The position numbers and the translations under genes are program-made. Positions 19,821-29,545 of a stretch of 64,000 bases of DNA are shown one piece after another (within the stretch, counting starts at the first letter, position 1; every line of letters starts with the position of its first letter). Location of the stretch: positions 256,001-320,000 of the forward strand of contig CAVYNY010000022.1 in assembly GCA_963769935.1 (NCBI GenBank), read 5' to 3'. Source of the stretch: an uncultured delta proteobacterium (GTDB taxonomy: Bacteria; Desulfobacterota; Desulfobacteria; Desulfobacterales; JAFDCJ01). The notes below the pieces were generated by a model. It searched no databases. It was not told the DNA's origin and saw nothing but the letters and a program-made list of their open reading frames with translations.

Positions 19821-19886
19821 TCGCTTTTAATTGAGGATCTTCCGGCCGGTTGCAGGTTAAAACAAAAAAAATAGATAAATAGATAA

Positions 19887-20837
19887 ATGGTGGCACAAAT
19901 GGAAGGTATGGCCATATTTACAGGGAACTCAAATCCCGCGCTGGCGCATAAAATTTGCGATTATCTCAGTCAGCCCCTTGGCGGGGCCAAGGTGAAAACC
20001 TTTAGCGACGGGGAAATCCAAATTGAAATCCATGAGAATGTCCGGCTGAAAGATGTTTTTGTGGTGCAGTCAACCTGTTCACCGGTCAACGACAATCTAG
20101 TTGAACTGTTGTTGATGATCGATGCGTTTAATCGTTCTTCAGCCAAAAAAATTACAGCCGTTATTCCCTATTACGGCTATGCCAGGCAGGATAAAAAAGT
20201 AGCGCCCAGGGTGCCGATCAGTGCCAAACTGGTTGCCGATATGCTGACCGTTGCCGGAGCCAATCGTATCATTACGATAGATCTGCATGCCGGCCAGATT
20301 CAAGGTTTTTTCAACATCCCGGTGGACAATCTATTTGCGGCACCGGTTCTCATCGATTTTATACGTGCTAATATCAGGGACAATATGGTTATTGTCTCAC
20401 CGGATGCGGGCGGGGTTGAAAGAGCGCGCGCCTTTGCCAAACGGCTGAATGCGGATCTGGCCATCATCGACAAACGACGGGACGCACCCAATCAGGCCAA
20501 AGCGATGGCCGTCATCGGTGATGTGACCGATAAAGTCGCTGTTATTCTGGATGATATGGTCGATACGGCCGGAACCCTGACCGAAGCTGCCGATGCTCTC
20601 AAGAATGCCGGTGCCAGGGAGATTCATGCCTGCGTCGCCCATCCTGTCCTTTCAGGCCCGGCAATCGAGCGGATTACCAATTCATGTCTTAAAAGCATGG
20701 TCGTAACCGATACGATTCCTTTAAGCGAGCGGGCCGCCGCCTGCGAAAAAGTTAAAGTGCTGACCATCTCACAGCTGGTCGGCGAGGCGATTATTCGCAG
20801 CTTTCGCGGAGATTCGGTGACATCTTTGTTTGTATAA
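19887..20837 (+). CDS. prs: Ribose-phosphate pyrophosphokinase
   Basis: [35 protein letters not shown]. Confidence 0.97.
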   Translation: MVAQMEGMAIFTGNSNPALAHKICDYLSQPLGGAKVKTFSDGEIQIEIHENVRLKDVFVVQSTCSPVNDNLVELLLMIDAFNRSSAKKITAVIPYYGYARQDKKVAPRVPISAKLVADMLTVAGANRIITIDLHAGQIQGFFNIPVDNLFAAPVLIDFIRANIRDNMVIVSPDAGGVERARAFAKRLNADLAIIDKRRDAPNQAKAMAVIGDVTDKVAVILDDMVDTAGTLTEAADALKNAGAREIHACVAHPVLSGPAIERITNSCLKSMVVTDTIPLSERAAACEKVKVLTISQLVGEAIIRSFRGDSVTSLFV

Positions 20838-20845
20838 AGATTTAG

Positions 20846-21190
20846 TTTCAGAGGTTTGGGGCTTCGCGCTGTGCGCTTCCGACTTCGCTCTTCGAGCTAC
20901 GACGGGACAAGGCGACCCCACACGCAGGGTTCAGAGGTTCGCGGTAAATTGGTTCTGAGAATTGGAATTCAGGGGCTAAGGGCTCACTCAAAAATAACTT
21001 CACATTTTATACGCCGATGCATCCCGGCTGGCGGCGTTGCGAAAGCTCGGAATATCCAGATATTCCTGCGTTTTCGCGCCTTGTCAGTCGGGCGCCTCAA
21101 CGCCTAAAACTGTGAATTAATATTTTCGTGAGCCCTAAGGGGGTCGAACAACTCCAACCCTGAACGTTGAAACGCAGAACCTCGGAACCT
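20846..21190. repeat. Composite spacer: 7-mer arms, nested REP-like units and MITE
   Basis: ttcagagg arms on the left, ctgaacg/cagaacc on the right, nested cttcgc...cgac..ca(a/c)g units at 20857-20924. Confidence 0.7.
20980..21135 (+). mobile_element. 156-bp hairpin MITE, copy 2
   Basis: GGGCTCAC...GTGAGCCC perfect 8-bp TIR; TAA duplicated at 20977-79 and 21136-38. Confidence 0.9.
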
Positions 21191-21222
21191 ACAACTATTA
21201 ACTACATAGGAGGTCACTTCTT

Positions 21223-21879
21223 TTGGAACAATTTGAAATTCATGCAACAGTAAGAAAGACAACGGGCAACAGCCCGGCCCGGGTGTTGAGACGGAGCGGT
21301 CAAATACCTGCTGTTTTATATGGACCCAAAACCGAGCCGGTTTTATTGGCTGTAAATGTCAAAGAATTTGATCAGATCCTCAAAAAAGGCAATATTGGCT
21401 CGATTATTTTAAACCTGGTGATTCAAAACGGCAAAAAAGTTACCAAACCGGCCATGATCAAGGAGCTTCAAAGCCACCCGGTTTCAGGGAATTTTCTGCA
21501 CGTTGACTTCTATGAAATCGACATGCAGCGCAAAATCAATGTCATGATTCCGATCATAGCGAAGGGCCAAGCCAAGGGAGTCGAAGCTGGCGGTTTATTG
21601 CAGATTGTCCGGCGGGAGCTCGAAGTGCTCTGTCTGCCTGGCGATATCCCGCACGCCATTGAGCTTGATATCACGGATTTGGATATCGGTGATGCCATCC
21701 ATGTCGAAGACATAAATTTAGGCGAAAACGTGGAGATTCCGGCTGACGTTAATTTTACCGTCATCACCGTTGTCAGCCCGAAGCTCGAGGCGCTGGAAGC
21801 CGAAGAAGGAGCTGAGGAAGCAGAAGCAGGAGTGGCAGGAGAGGCTGAAGAAGAGGCCGAAACTAAAGAGGAAAGCTAG
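21223..21879 (+). CDS. rplY: 50S ribosomal protein L25/Ctc
   Basis: LRRSGQIPAVLYG, LHVDFYEI, acidic tail; AGGAGG RBS with TTG start. Confidence 0.96.
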   Translation: MEQFEIHATVRKTTGNSPARVLRRSGQIPAVLYGPKTEPVLLAVNVKEFDQILKKGNIGSIILNLVIQNGKKVTKPAMIKELQSHPVSGNFLHVDFYEIDMQRKINVMIPIIAKGQAKGVEAGGLLQIVRRELEVLCLPGDIPHAIELDITDLDIGDAIHVEDINLGENVEIPADVNFTVITVVSPKLEALEAEEGAEEAEAGVAGEAEEEAETKEES

Positions 21880-22124
21880 AATTTCGGTAGGCTGGAGAGC
21901 GCGCACGGCAACGGCCGATGAAGGCGGTTTTGGGGCAGGCTATCCAGCCATCTGCTATGATGGCGCTGACAGGCGGTCTATCGACAATTTGTTGTCGACT
22001 ACTTCGAAGGTGTCAGGTTTCAGCACCGCCTGTGGCCGCGAACATCCGGTTTGATCGTATAAGAAACTTTATGAAGTTTCACAACAAGCTGTTGGAAAAA
22101 ATGGCCTAAGCGCCTATATTTTCT

Positions 22125-22721
22125 GTGCCCTCAAATAAATTAAAATTGGTGGTCGGTCTCGGTAATCCGGGAGCGGAATACCGGAGCACGCGGCATAATG
22201 CCGGGTTCATGGTTGTCGATAAAATCGCACTGGATTTCAATATTGCGGTTACGGACAGAAAATTCGATTCGGTTTTCGGGCGCGGCTGTGTGCAAGATGT
22301 CGAGGTTCTGCTGGCCAAACCGATGGCTTTCATGAATCGCAGCGGACCGCCGGTTCAAAAACTGGCCAATTTTTACCGAATACAATGCGAGGATATGTTG
22401 GTCATTCACGACGACATCGACCTTGCCTATGGAAGATTAAAAATAAAAGAGAAAGGAGGGCATGGCGGACACAATGGCATAAGGTCGTTAATGGATGCCT
22501 TTGGTAAGGGCGATTTTGTGCGCCTTCGGATCGGCGTCGGACGTTCCAAGACCGGAGATAATGTAACGGGTCATGTTCTGGGCAGATTTTCTCAGGCCCA
22601 ATCGAAAGACTTGGACCGCATCATCAGCGGCGCCCGGGATGCAGCCATTGCGATTCTTAGCCAGGGTACTAAGGCGGGTATGAATTTATATAACGGCAGA
22701 AATCTAACGCTTACAGAGTAA
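22125..22721 (+). CDS. pth: Peptidyl-tRNA hydrolase
   Basis: VGLGNPG.EY..TRHNAGF, KPMAFMNRSG, GGHGGHNG. Confidence 0.96.
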   Translation: MPSNKLKLVVGLGNPGAEYRSTRHNAGFMVVDKIALDFNIAVTDRKFDSVFGRGCVQDVEVLLAKPMAFMNRSGPPVQKLANFYRIQCEDMLVIHDDIDLAYGRLKIKEKGGHGGHNGIRSLMDAFGKGDFVRLRIGVGRSKTGDNVTGHVLGRFSQAQSKDLDRIISGARDAAIAILSQGTKAGMNLYNGRNLTLTE

Positions 22722-22748
22722 CTCAAAATTTATGACTTGGAGGAAAGG

Positions 22749-24773
22749 ATGAACTATCTATTACCGCTGATATGCACACTGGTAGGCATAGCAGGTGTGA
22801 TCTTTTCACTTATTATCGCGAGTATGGTTAAAAGTGCCCCGGCCGGCAACGAAAAAATGCGTGAAATCGCAAATGCCATCAAAACGGGTGCCGTGGCCTA
22901 TTTAAACCGGCAGCTCAAAAGCATGGGGATGGCCGGAATCATACTTTTTGTAATCATCGGCGCTGCTTTGAGCTGGAAGACAGCCCTCGGTTTTTTGGTT
23001 GGTGCGATTGCCTCGTTTGCGGCCGGTTACATCGGTATGCGGGTATCGGTGATCGCCAACGTGCGAACCGCTGAAGCAGCCAAGAGCGGCCTGGCCAAAG
23101 GCCTGGCCATGGCATTTAGAGGCGGATCGGTGACGGGTATGATCGTGGCCGGTCTGGCGCTGACGGCTGTGGCCGGCAGCTACACGGTACTGATCGCCAG
23201 CGGATCTGAACCCAGGCATGCGGTCATTGCTCTGGTAGCCCTGGGATTTGGCGGCAGTCTGATTTCTATTTTTGCACGACTGGGCGGCGGCATTTTCACC
23301 AAGGGTGCGGATGTCGGCGCCGACCTGGTAGGAAAAGTTGAAGCCGGCATTCCGGAAGACGATCCGCGCAATCCGGCGGTTATCGCCGACAACGTCGGGG
23401 ACAATGTCGGTGACTGTGCCGGTATGGCAGCCGATTTGTTTGAAACCTACGCCGTTACCGCAGTTGCCGCCATGCTGCTGGGTAACCTGCTTTATCCCAC
23501 CTTGTCCATTGCGACTCAATTTCCGCTTGTGCTGGGTGCCATTTCGATTGTTGCTTCCATGATCGGCATCTTTTTTGTCAAACTCGGCAAAAACGAATAC
23601 ATCATGGGGGCCCTCTATAAAGGCATGTTCGGATCCGCCATCCTGGCGGCCATCGCATTTTTAGTGGCCTGTGTCACCATGTTCAGCGGCGTGGCGGAGC
23701 TTTCCGGCATGCGCATTTTTCTGGCGGCACTCGTCGGGCTGGTTCTTACCGTCGTGATCGTTGTCATCACCGAATACTACACCGGAATTCGCAAGCCGGT
23801 TAAATCAGTGGCGGAAGCTTCCACCACCGGTCACGGCACAAATATCATCGCCGGTCTGGCCGTCAGCATGGAATCCACGGCCCTGCCGGTGCTGGCCATC
23901 TGTTGTGCCATCGGTATCGCCCACTGGGCGGCAGGCTTGTACGGCATTGCCATGGCGGCCATGTCCATGCTTTCCATGACCGGTATGGTCATTGCCATCG
24001 ACGCCTATGGTCCGATTACCGACAATGCCGGCGGAATTGCCGAGATGGCCGGGATGGATGAGAGTGTGCGGGCGGTCACCGACCCGCTGGATGCCGTGGG
24101 CAATACCACCAAAGCAGTCACCAAGGGCTATGCCATCGGTTCGGCCGGCCTGGCGGCCCTGGTGCTGTTTGCGGCCTACACCCAGGAATTCGCACTGCAA
24201 GGCGGCGGCGTGGCCCTGCGGTTTGATCTGAGCGATGTGAGGGTCATCATCGGTCTTTTCATCGGCGGATTGCTGCCGTTCCTGTTTGCTTCGATTGCCA
24301 TGCGGGCGGTCGGCAAGGCCGGCGGAGCCGTGGTGGATGAAGTCCGACGCCAGTTTCGCGAAATTCCGGGTATTATGGAAGGAACCGCCAAACCGGATTA
24401 TGCCCGGTGTGTGGATATCGTCACCCGCTTTGCCCTTAAAGAAATGATCGTGCCGGCCTTATTGCCCGTGGTGACCCCGATTTTGGTTGGTCTGATTCTC
24501 GGCAAAATTGCTCTGGGCGGGGTGCTTATCGGCAGTATCGTTACCGGTCTTTTTCTGGCCATTTCCATGACCACCGGTGGCGCGGCCTGGGACAACGCCA
24601 AGAAATACATCGAAGACGGCCATCTGGGCGGCAAAGGCAGTGATGCCCACAAGGCTGCCGTAACCGGTGATACCGTCGGCGATCCTTACAAGGATACCGC
24701 CGGACCTGCGATTAACCCGATGATCAAAATTCTGAATGTTGTGGCGCTCTTGCTGGTACCTTTCTTAGTGTAA
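22749..24773 (+). CDS. hppA: Membrane ion-translocating pyrophosphatase, K+-independent type
   Basis: [37 protein letters not shown]. Confidence 0.95.
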   Translation: MNYLLPLICTLVGIAGVIFSLIIASMVKSAPAGNEKMREIANAIKTGAVAYLNRQLKSMGMAGIILFVIIGAALSWKTALGFLVGAIASFAAGYIGMRVSVIANVRTAEAAKSGLAKGLAMAFRGGSVTGMIVAGLALTAVAGSYTVLIASGSEPRHAVIALVALGFGGSLISIFARLGGGIFTKGADVGADLVGKVEAGIPEDDPRNPAVIADNVGDNVGDCAGMAADLFETYAVTAVAAMLLGNLLYPTLSIATQFPLVLGAISIVASMIGIFFVKLGKNEYIMGALYKGMFGSAILAAIAFLVACVTMFSGVAELSGMRIFLAALVGLVLTVVIVVITEYYTGIRKPVKSVAEASTTGHGTNIIAGLAVSMESTALPVLAICCAIGIAHWAAGLYGIAMAAMSMLSMTGMVIAIDAYGPITDNAGGIAEMAGMDESVRAVTDPLDAVGNTTKAVTKGYAIGSAGLAALVLFAAYTQEFALQGGGVALRFDLSDVRVIIGLFIGGLLPFLFASIAMRAVGKAGGAVVDEVRRQFREIPGIMEGTAKPDYARCVDIVTRFALKEMIVPALLPVVTPILVGLILGKIALGGVLIGSIVTGLFLAISMTTGGAAWDNAKKYIEDGHLGGKGSDAHKAAVTGDTVGDPYKDTAGPAINPMIKILNVVALLLVPFLV

Positions 24774-24800
24774 GCGCTTATTTTAATCTCAGAAACACCC

Positions 24801-24834
24801 AAAGGATTGGCGTGGCTTTGCGCCAATCCTTTTT
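24801..24834 (+). terminator. Intrinsic terminator after hppA
   Basis: aaaggattggcg-loop-cgccaatccttt followed by T-run. Confidence 0.85.
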
Positions 24835-24927
24835 ATTTATTGATTGTTTACAAAATATATGCTATTAGAGACGGTACCCTGAGGATCAACTTCCAATGAT
24901 GTCTTTAAAATAGGTGATCGGTGGAAT

Positions 24928-25482
24928 ATGGCAGAAAAAAAAGTTAACGAAACAACACAGAGTTTGAAACATAAAAACCGGCCTTTCCAGGTAGGCGACC
25001 TGGCTGTTTATCCCGCGCACGGCGTCGGCGAGATCAAAGCCATTGAAAGCCGGGTGGTCAACGGTGAAAGGCATGATTTTTATATCATGAAAGTTCTTGA
25101 AAACGGCATGGTGATCATGATTCCCATCAGCAACGTCGAGTCCGTCGGGTTAAGAGATATCATCGATAAAAAGGAGATTCCCAAGGTATACGAAATCATG
25201 AAATTCCGTAAAGACGGGCTGCCGGACAACCAGACCTGGAACCGGCGTTACCGGGAGTACATGGACAAAATCAAAACCGGATCCCTTTATGATGTGGCCG
25301 AGGTGTTCCGGGATCTATTTCTGCTCAAACTCACCAAAGATCTTTCATTTGGCGAGCGCAAACTATATGATACCGCCCAGGTTCTACTGGTACGAGAGCT
25401 GTCGACCGCCAAGAACACAGACGAAGACACCATCATATCAGAGATAGAATCCTTATTTGTTGCGGATAGCGCAGAAAATTAA
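24928..25482 (+). CDS. carD: CarD-family transcriptional regulator
   Basis: FQVGDLAVYPAHGVG, TWNRRYREYMDKIKTGS, LSFGERKL. Confidence 0.93.
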   Translation: MAEKKVNETTQSLKHKNRPFQVGDLAVYPAHGVGEIKAIESRVVNGERHDFYIMKVLENGMVIMIPISNVESVGLRDIIDKKEIPKVYEIMKFRKDGLPDNQTWNRRYREYMDKIKTGSLYDVAEVFRDLFLLKLTKDLSFGERKLYDTAQVLLVRELSTAKNTDEDTIISEIESLFVADSAEN

Positions 25483-25497
25483 TCCTGCCCCAGCAGC

Positions 25498-26481
25498 ATG
25501 TCTGTGAATGGCGCCTTTACCATTATCGCCGGCGAATCCGATGCCGGCCGTCGGCTGGATACCGCCGTTGCCTCGCACATCCCCGATTGTTCCCGTTCGC
25601 TGGCTGCCAATTTAATTACCAGCCAATGCATTCTTGTCGACGGCCGGCCTCGAAAACCCGGTTATCGGGTAAAATTCGGCGAAACCATTCAGGGCCAAAT
25701 TCCGCCCCCGGCCCCTGTCGACTTCGATCCCGAACCTATCCCAATCGATATCATCTATCAGGATGAGCAGATCGCCGTTATCAACAAACAGCCGGGACTC
25801 GTCGTTCATCCGGCGCCCGGCCACGCCGGCGGCACGCTGGTCAACGCACTGCTCTACCACTGCCCTGATCTTGGGGCGATCGGCGGGGAAGTCCGGCCGG
25901 GAATTGTCCACCGCCTTGATAAAGATACATCCGGCACCATGGTCATTGCCAAAAATTCGGCTGCGCACGAAGAATTATCCCGTCAGTTCAAGGCCCGTGA
26001 AGTTCAAAAAAAATACCTGGCCCTTGTGTACGGAGAGCCGTCCGCCGATCAGGGGACCATTCATCTGCCCATCGGCCGGCACCCCGTAGATCGCAAGCGA
26101 ATGTCGACCACCACCCGCCGGGGGCGGGATGCCGAAACCATCTGGAAGGTACGCGAGCGGTTTGCCGGTATCACCCTGCTTGAATTAACTTTAAAGACCG
26201 GCCGCACCCATCAGATTCGCGTGCATTGTGCGGCCATGGGCCATCCGGTTGCGGGCGACCCTGTTTACCGTTCGCGCAAGTTGTTCATCAATCTGCCACA
26301 TATATTGCCCGACCTTTCACCGGCGGTTATCCCCGCACTCAAATCGATACCCCGGCAGATGCTGCACGCCTGGCAACTGGGGTTCACCCATCCCGCTGAA
26401 AAAACCTTTCTTGTCTTTGAATCCCCCCTGCCGCCGGACATGGCCGACGTGATCAATACCCTGCGGCGTGCCCAACTATGA
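25498..26481 (+). CDS. rluD: RluA-family 23S rRNA pseudouridine synthase
   Basis: S4-like N-terminus, NKQPGLVVHP, HRLDKDTSG, TGRTHQIRVH. Confidence 0.92.
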   Translation: MSVNGAFTIIAGESDAGRRLDTAVASHIPDCSRSLAANLITSQCILVDGRPRKPGYRVKFGETIQGQIPPPAPVDFDPEPIPIDIIYQDEQIAVINKQPGLVVHPAPGHAGGTLVNALLYHCPDLGAIGGEVRPGIVHRLDKDTSGTMVIAKNSAAHEELSRQFKAREVQKKYLALVYGEPSADQGTIHLPIGRHPVDRKRMSTTTRRGRDAETIWKVRERFAGITLLELTLKTGRTHQIRVHCAAMGHPVAGDPVYRSRKLFINLPHILPDLSPAVIPALKSIPRQMLHAWQLGFTHPAEKTFLVFESPLPPDMADVINTLRRAQL

Positions 26482-26520
26482 CTGCTTTTTTGCCGTTTTC
26501 CCAACGGAGCACGCAGTGAT

Positions 26521-26790
26521 GTTGGAGGTTTGAGGTTGGAGGCAGAAAGATAAAAAATACCAGGCTTAAGTACAAGGTGCAGGGTTTCGGGTTTGCAGCA
26601 GGGTCTACGGGGCCGGCTGATAGTTGATGGTTGATTGGGTTGCCGGAAAGATGGGTCCCCGCAATGCTCATGAGCTTTGATGCTCACGGACTAAGAACTC
26701 ATGAACTTCTGAGCTTACGAGCTTGCAAACTTAGTATCTTCCAACCTCCCAACTTTCCAGCTTCTGTTATCTGTCCTCTGTCTTCTGTTC
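26521..26790. repeat. Polarised short-tandem-repeat mosaic between convergent rluD and rnfA
   Basis: gttggag, aggtNcN, gNtgatN 7-mers, then gagcttNN and cttccaNc 8-mers and tctgtNN 7-mers. Confidence 0.85.
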
Positions 26791-27365
26791 TACACCATCC
26801 CCTTGAAGGCTAAAAAGGTAAGGGAGAGAACCCCGGCCGTCACCAGGGCGATGGAGGTGTCCTGCAGAGGACGCGGGACGCGGGCCAAAAGGATTTTTTC
26901 CCGGACACCGGCGAATAGGACCAAGGCCAGGCCGAACCCCACCGCGTAGGCGAAGGATGCCACCAGCGTCTGCATGAAGTTATACTCTTCGTTGATATTA
27001 ATCAGGCACACGCCCAAGACGGCGCAATTGGTGGTAATCAACGGTAAAAAGATGCCCAATCCCGCATAAAGGGCAGGGATGCTCTTTTTTAAAAACATCT
27101 CCACAAACTGGACCAGTGAGGCGATCACCAGAATAAACGCTACGGTTTGAAGGTATTTCAGATCATATTTGACCAGGAAGTAGGTGTAGGTCATCCAGGT
27201 GAACACGCCGGCCAGCACCAGGACGAAGACCACCGCCATGGCCATGCCGATGGCGGTTTCCATTTTCTTGGATGTCCCTAAAAAGGGGCAGTTGCCCAGA
27301 TACTGGGCCAGCAAAATATTATTAATCAGGATACAGCTGATGGCAAGAACTAATAAATCACCCAT
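26790..27365 (-). CDS. rnfA: Rnf complex subunit A
   Basis: QYLGNCPFLG, LGIFLPLITTNCAVLG. Confidence 0.95.
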   Translation of the reverse strand: MGDLLVLAISCILINNILLAQYLGNCPFLGTSKKMETAIGMAMAVVFVLVLAGVFTWMTYTYFLVKYDLKYLQTVAFILVIASLVQFVEMFLKKSIPALYAGLGIFLPLITTNCAVLGVCLININEEYNFMQTLVASFAYAVGFGLALVLFAGVREKILLARVPRPLQDTSIALVTAGVLSLTFLAFKGMV

Positions 27366-27374
27366 GATTGTCTC

Positions 27375-27980
27375 CTATTTTTTCCCCGCAATATTCATGA
27401 GGCACAGCATTAAACCCAGGGCCATGAAGGCGCCGGGGGCTTGGACCATGAATTTAAAAGGTTGAAACGAAGGCCCCAATATCTGAATCGGTGTTCCCCA
27501 GAACGTCAAGGCACCGGTTCCGAGTAATTCACGGACAGCCGCCAGAGACATCAAAGCTAAGGTATACCCGATCCCGATACCCAGCCCGTCCAACATTGAT
27601 CGATACACGCCGTTTTTAGAGGCGAAAGCTTCGGAGCGGCCCAGTACGATGCAGTTAACCACAATCAACGGGATAAATATGCCAAGTTTGAGAAAGAGCG
27701 GATAGGTGTACGCCTGCATGAGCAGTTCCACAACGGTAACGAAGGTGGCGATGATCACGATGTAGCAGGCAATTCGGACTTTCGACGGGATAAGTTTGCG
27801 CAAGGCCGACACCAGCACGTTGGAGCCCACCAGAACAAAGGTTAACGCAACGCCCATTCCGATCCCATTTTCTACGGATTTGGTCACTGCCAGCGTGGGG
27901 CAGAGGCCCAGCACCAGCCGAAAAGGCGGTATTTCATCCCAGAGTCCCTTAACAAATTCCTGTGTCAGAGATTTCGCCAT
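27375..27980 (-). CDS. rnfE: Rnf complex subunit E
   Basis: LGLCPTLAVT, FIPLIVVNCIVLGR, RELLGTG. Confidence 0.95.
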   Translation of the reverse strand: MAKSLTQEFVKGLWDEIPPFRLVLGLCPTLAVTKSVENGIGMGVALTFVLVGSNVLVSALRKLIPSKVRIACYIVIIATFVTVVELLMQAYTYPLFLKLGIFIPLIVVNCIVLGRSEAFASKNGVYRSMLDGLGIGIGYTLALMSLAAVRELLGTGALTFWGTPIQILGPSFQPFKFMVQAPGAFMALGLMLCLMNIAGKK

Positions 27981-27990
27981 AAAGTTCCCC

Positions 27991-28584
27991 TTATTTTTTA
28001 AAGCCCTTTAATTTGTCATCGATCTGAGGTTTGAGTTTCGCATATATTTTTTCGGCGTCCGTGGCCGCGGCCGACACGGCGCGTGAAGTGATGGTCGCCC
28101 CGCTGAGGGCATTGATGGAGCCGCCGTCAGCCGTCACTTTAAATGGTTCTTTTACCGATAGGTCTTTAAATTGTGATACAAAGTTGGGATCGGTTTTCGC
28201 CCTGGCGCCCATGCCGGGTGTCTCACTTTGGGTGGTCACGCTGACGCCCAGCAGTTTATCATCTTTCACGTTGATACCGACCATCAACCCGACATCGCCG
28301 CCAAAGCCCTTAGCCGAAGTCTCAAAGGCAACTCCCTTAGGCTCACCATCGTAAATCCCGACAAAAAACGTTCTTTCAACATCGCCGTCCTTTAACTTAA
28401 AGCGGTCGGTAATGGGATTGTTGCTGGTCCCTTCGAAAATAGCCCGGATGGCCGGCCCTTTGACAAATTCCAGCACCTGATTATCGATCCGATCCTGGGT
28501 GTTGCTGCGCAGGTAGGCAAGTACGCCCCCTGAAAAGCAGCTCAGAATGGTAAGAACGAGGATCATTTTTATCATTTCACGCAT
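27991..28584 (-). CDS. rnfG: Rnf complex subunit G
   Basis: N-terminal anchor, ETPGMG, FMN-attachment motif SGATITS. Confidence 0.93.
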   Translation of the reverse strand: MREMIKMILVLTILSCFSGGVLAYLRSNTQDRIDNQVLEFVKGPAIRAIFEGTSNNPITDRFKLKDGDVERTFFVGIYDGEPKGVAFETSAKGFGGDVGLMVGINVKDDKLLGVSVTTQSETPGMGARAKTDPNFVSQFKDLSVKEPFKVTADGGSINALSGATITSRAVSAAATDAEKIYAKLKPQIDDKLKGFKK

Positions 28585-28585
28585 G

Positions 28586-29545
28586 TTATACAACCTTTCC
28601 CAAAGCTTTTGGTCGAATTTTATCCAGCAGCGGATGGATGAGATTGATGACCAGGACGGCCAGGATTACACCGTCGACATAGGCGCCGATGTTGCGGATC
28701 AATACCGTCATGATTCCACCGACGGCGCCATAGATGAGCATGGGGACAAACCAGACCGGTGAGGAAGAGTCATCGGTGGCCAGGAAAAAGGCCCCGATCA
28801 AGGTATAGCCTGTAAAAATATGAAATCCGGGCCCGGCGAACCGAACCGGGTCAGCTATATTGAACAAGAGGGCGGTGAGATACACCCCGGCGATAAAGGT
28901 AAGGGAAATTTCCCAGCGGATGAATCCGCGGATCATCAGATAGATGCCCCCGATGACCAGACCTAATCCGAATGTAGCTCCGAGGGCGCCCGTTTGCCGG
29001 CCCATCATCAGATCACCCAGGCTAAAGGATTCAATAGATGACGTTCCGAAATGTTTAACGGCGGCCAGCGGAAAAGCGGCAGTGAAGTTAAAATTGTAGT
29101 TCAACAGCATGCCGTTAAAATCGAACAGGTCCTTCCAGGAAATCATCATGATGGCTATGGCCAGGGCCACCGGATTAAAGGCATTGCTCCCGATTCCGCC
29201 ATAAATATGTTTGCCGACCACCAGCGCGATAAAAGTACCGGTGATGACGGCCCACCACGGCATTGTGGCCGGAAGCATCATTGCCAGGAGCAAGCCGGTC
29301 AGGGCGGCACTGCCGTCACCGATGGTGGGTGCTTTTTTCATCACCTTATTGATGGCCAGCTCCCAGAGCATGGCCGAGGCCACAGCCAGGCTGACAACTC
29401 CGATGACCGGCACGCCAAAGTAAACGACGCCTGCGATAACCGCAGGCAGGGCGGCCAGCATCGTGTGATAGCTGCGTTCGGTGACCCTGCTGCCGCTGTG
29501 CCAGAAGGGGGCATGAGAAACGATTAGTTTTTTTTGCTCAAGCAT
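28586..29545 (-). CDS. rnfD: Rnf complex subunit D (atypical; FMN-Thr motif not evident)
   Basis: KHIYGGIGSNAFNP, GAFFLATD..SSP, PLLDKIRPK; TAAFPL where SGATPL is expected. Confidence 0.9.
   Translation of the reverse strand: MLEQKKLIVSHAPFWHSGSRVTERSYHTMLAALPAVIAGVVYFGVPVIGVVSLAVASAMLWELAINKVMKKAPTIGDGSAALTGLLLAMMLPATMPWWAVITGTFIALVVGKHIYGGIGSNAFNPVALAIAIMMISWKDLFDFNGMLLNYNFNFTAAFPLAAVKHFGTSSIESFSLGDLMMGRQTGALGATFGLGLVIGGIYLMIRGFIRWEISLTFIAGVYLTALLFNIADPVRFAGPGFHIFTGYTLIGAFFLATDDSSSPVWFVPMLIYGAVGGIMTVLIRNIGAYVDGVILAVLVINLIHPLLDKIRPKALGKVV

Noticed and set aside
19627..19886. tRNA-Gln as an integration site
   Set aside because: No integrase and no duplicated tRNA 3' end; ispE-tRNA-prs order is intact
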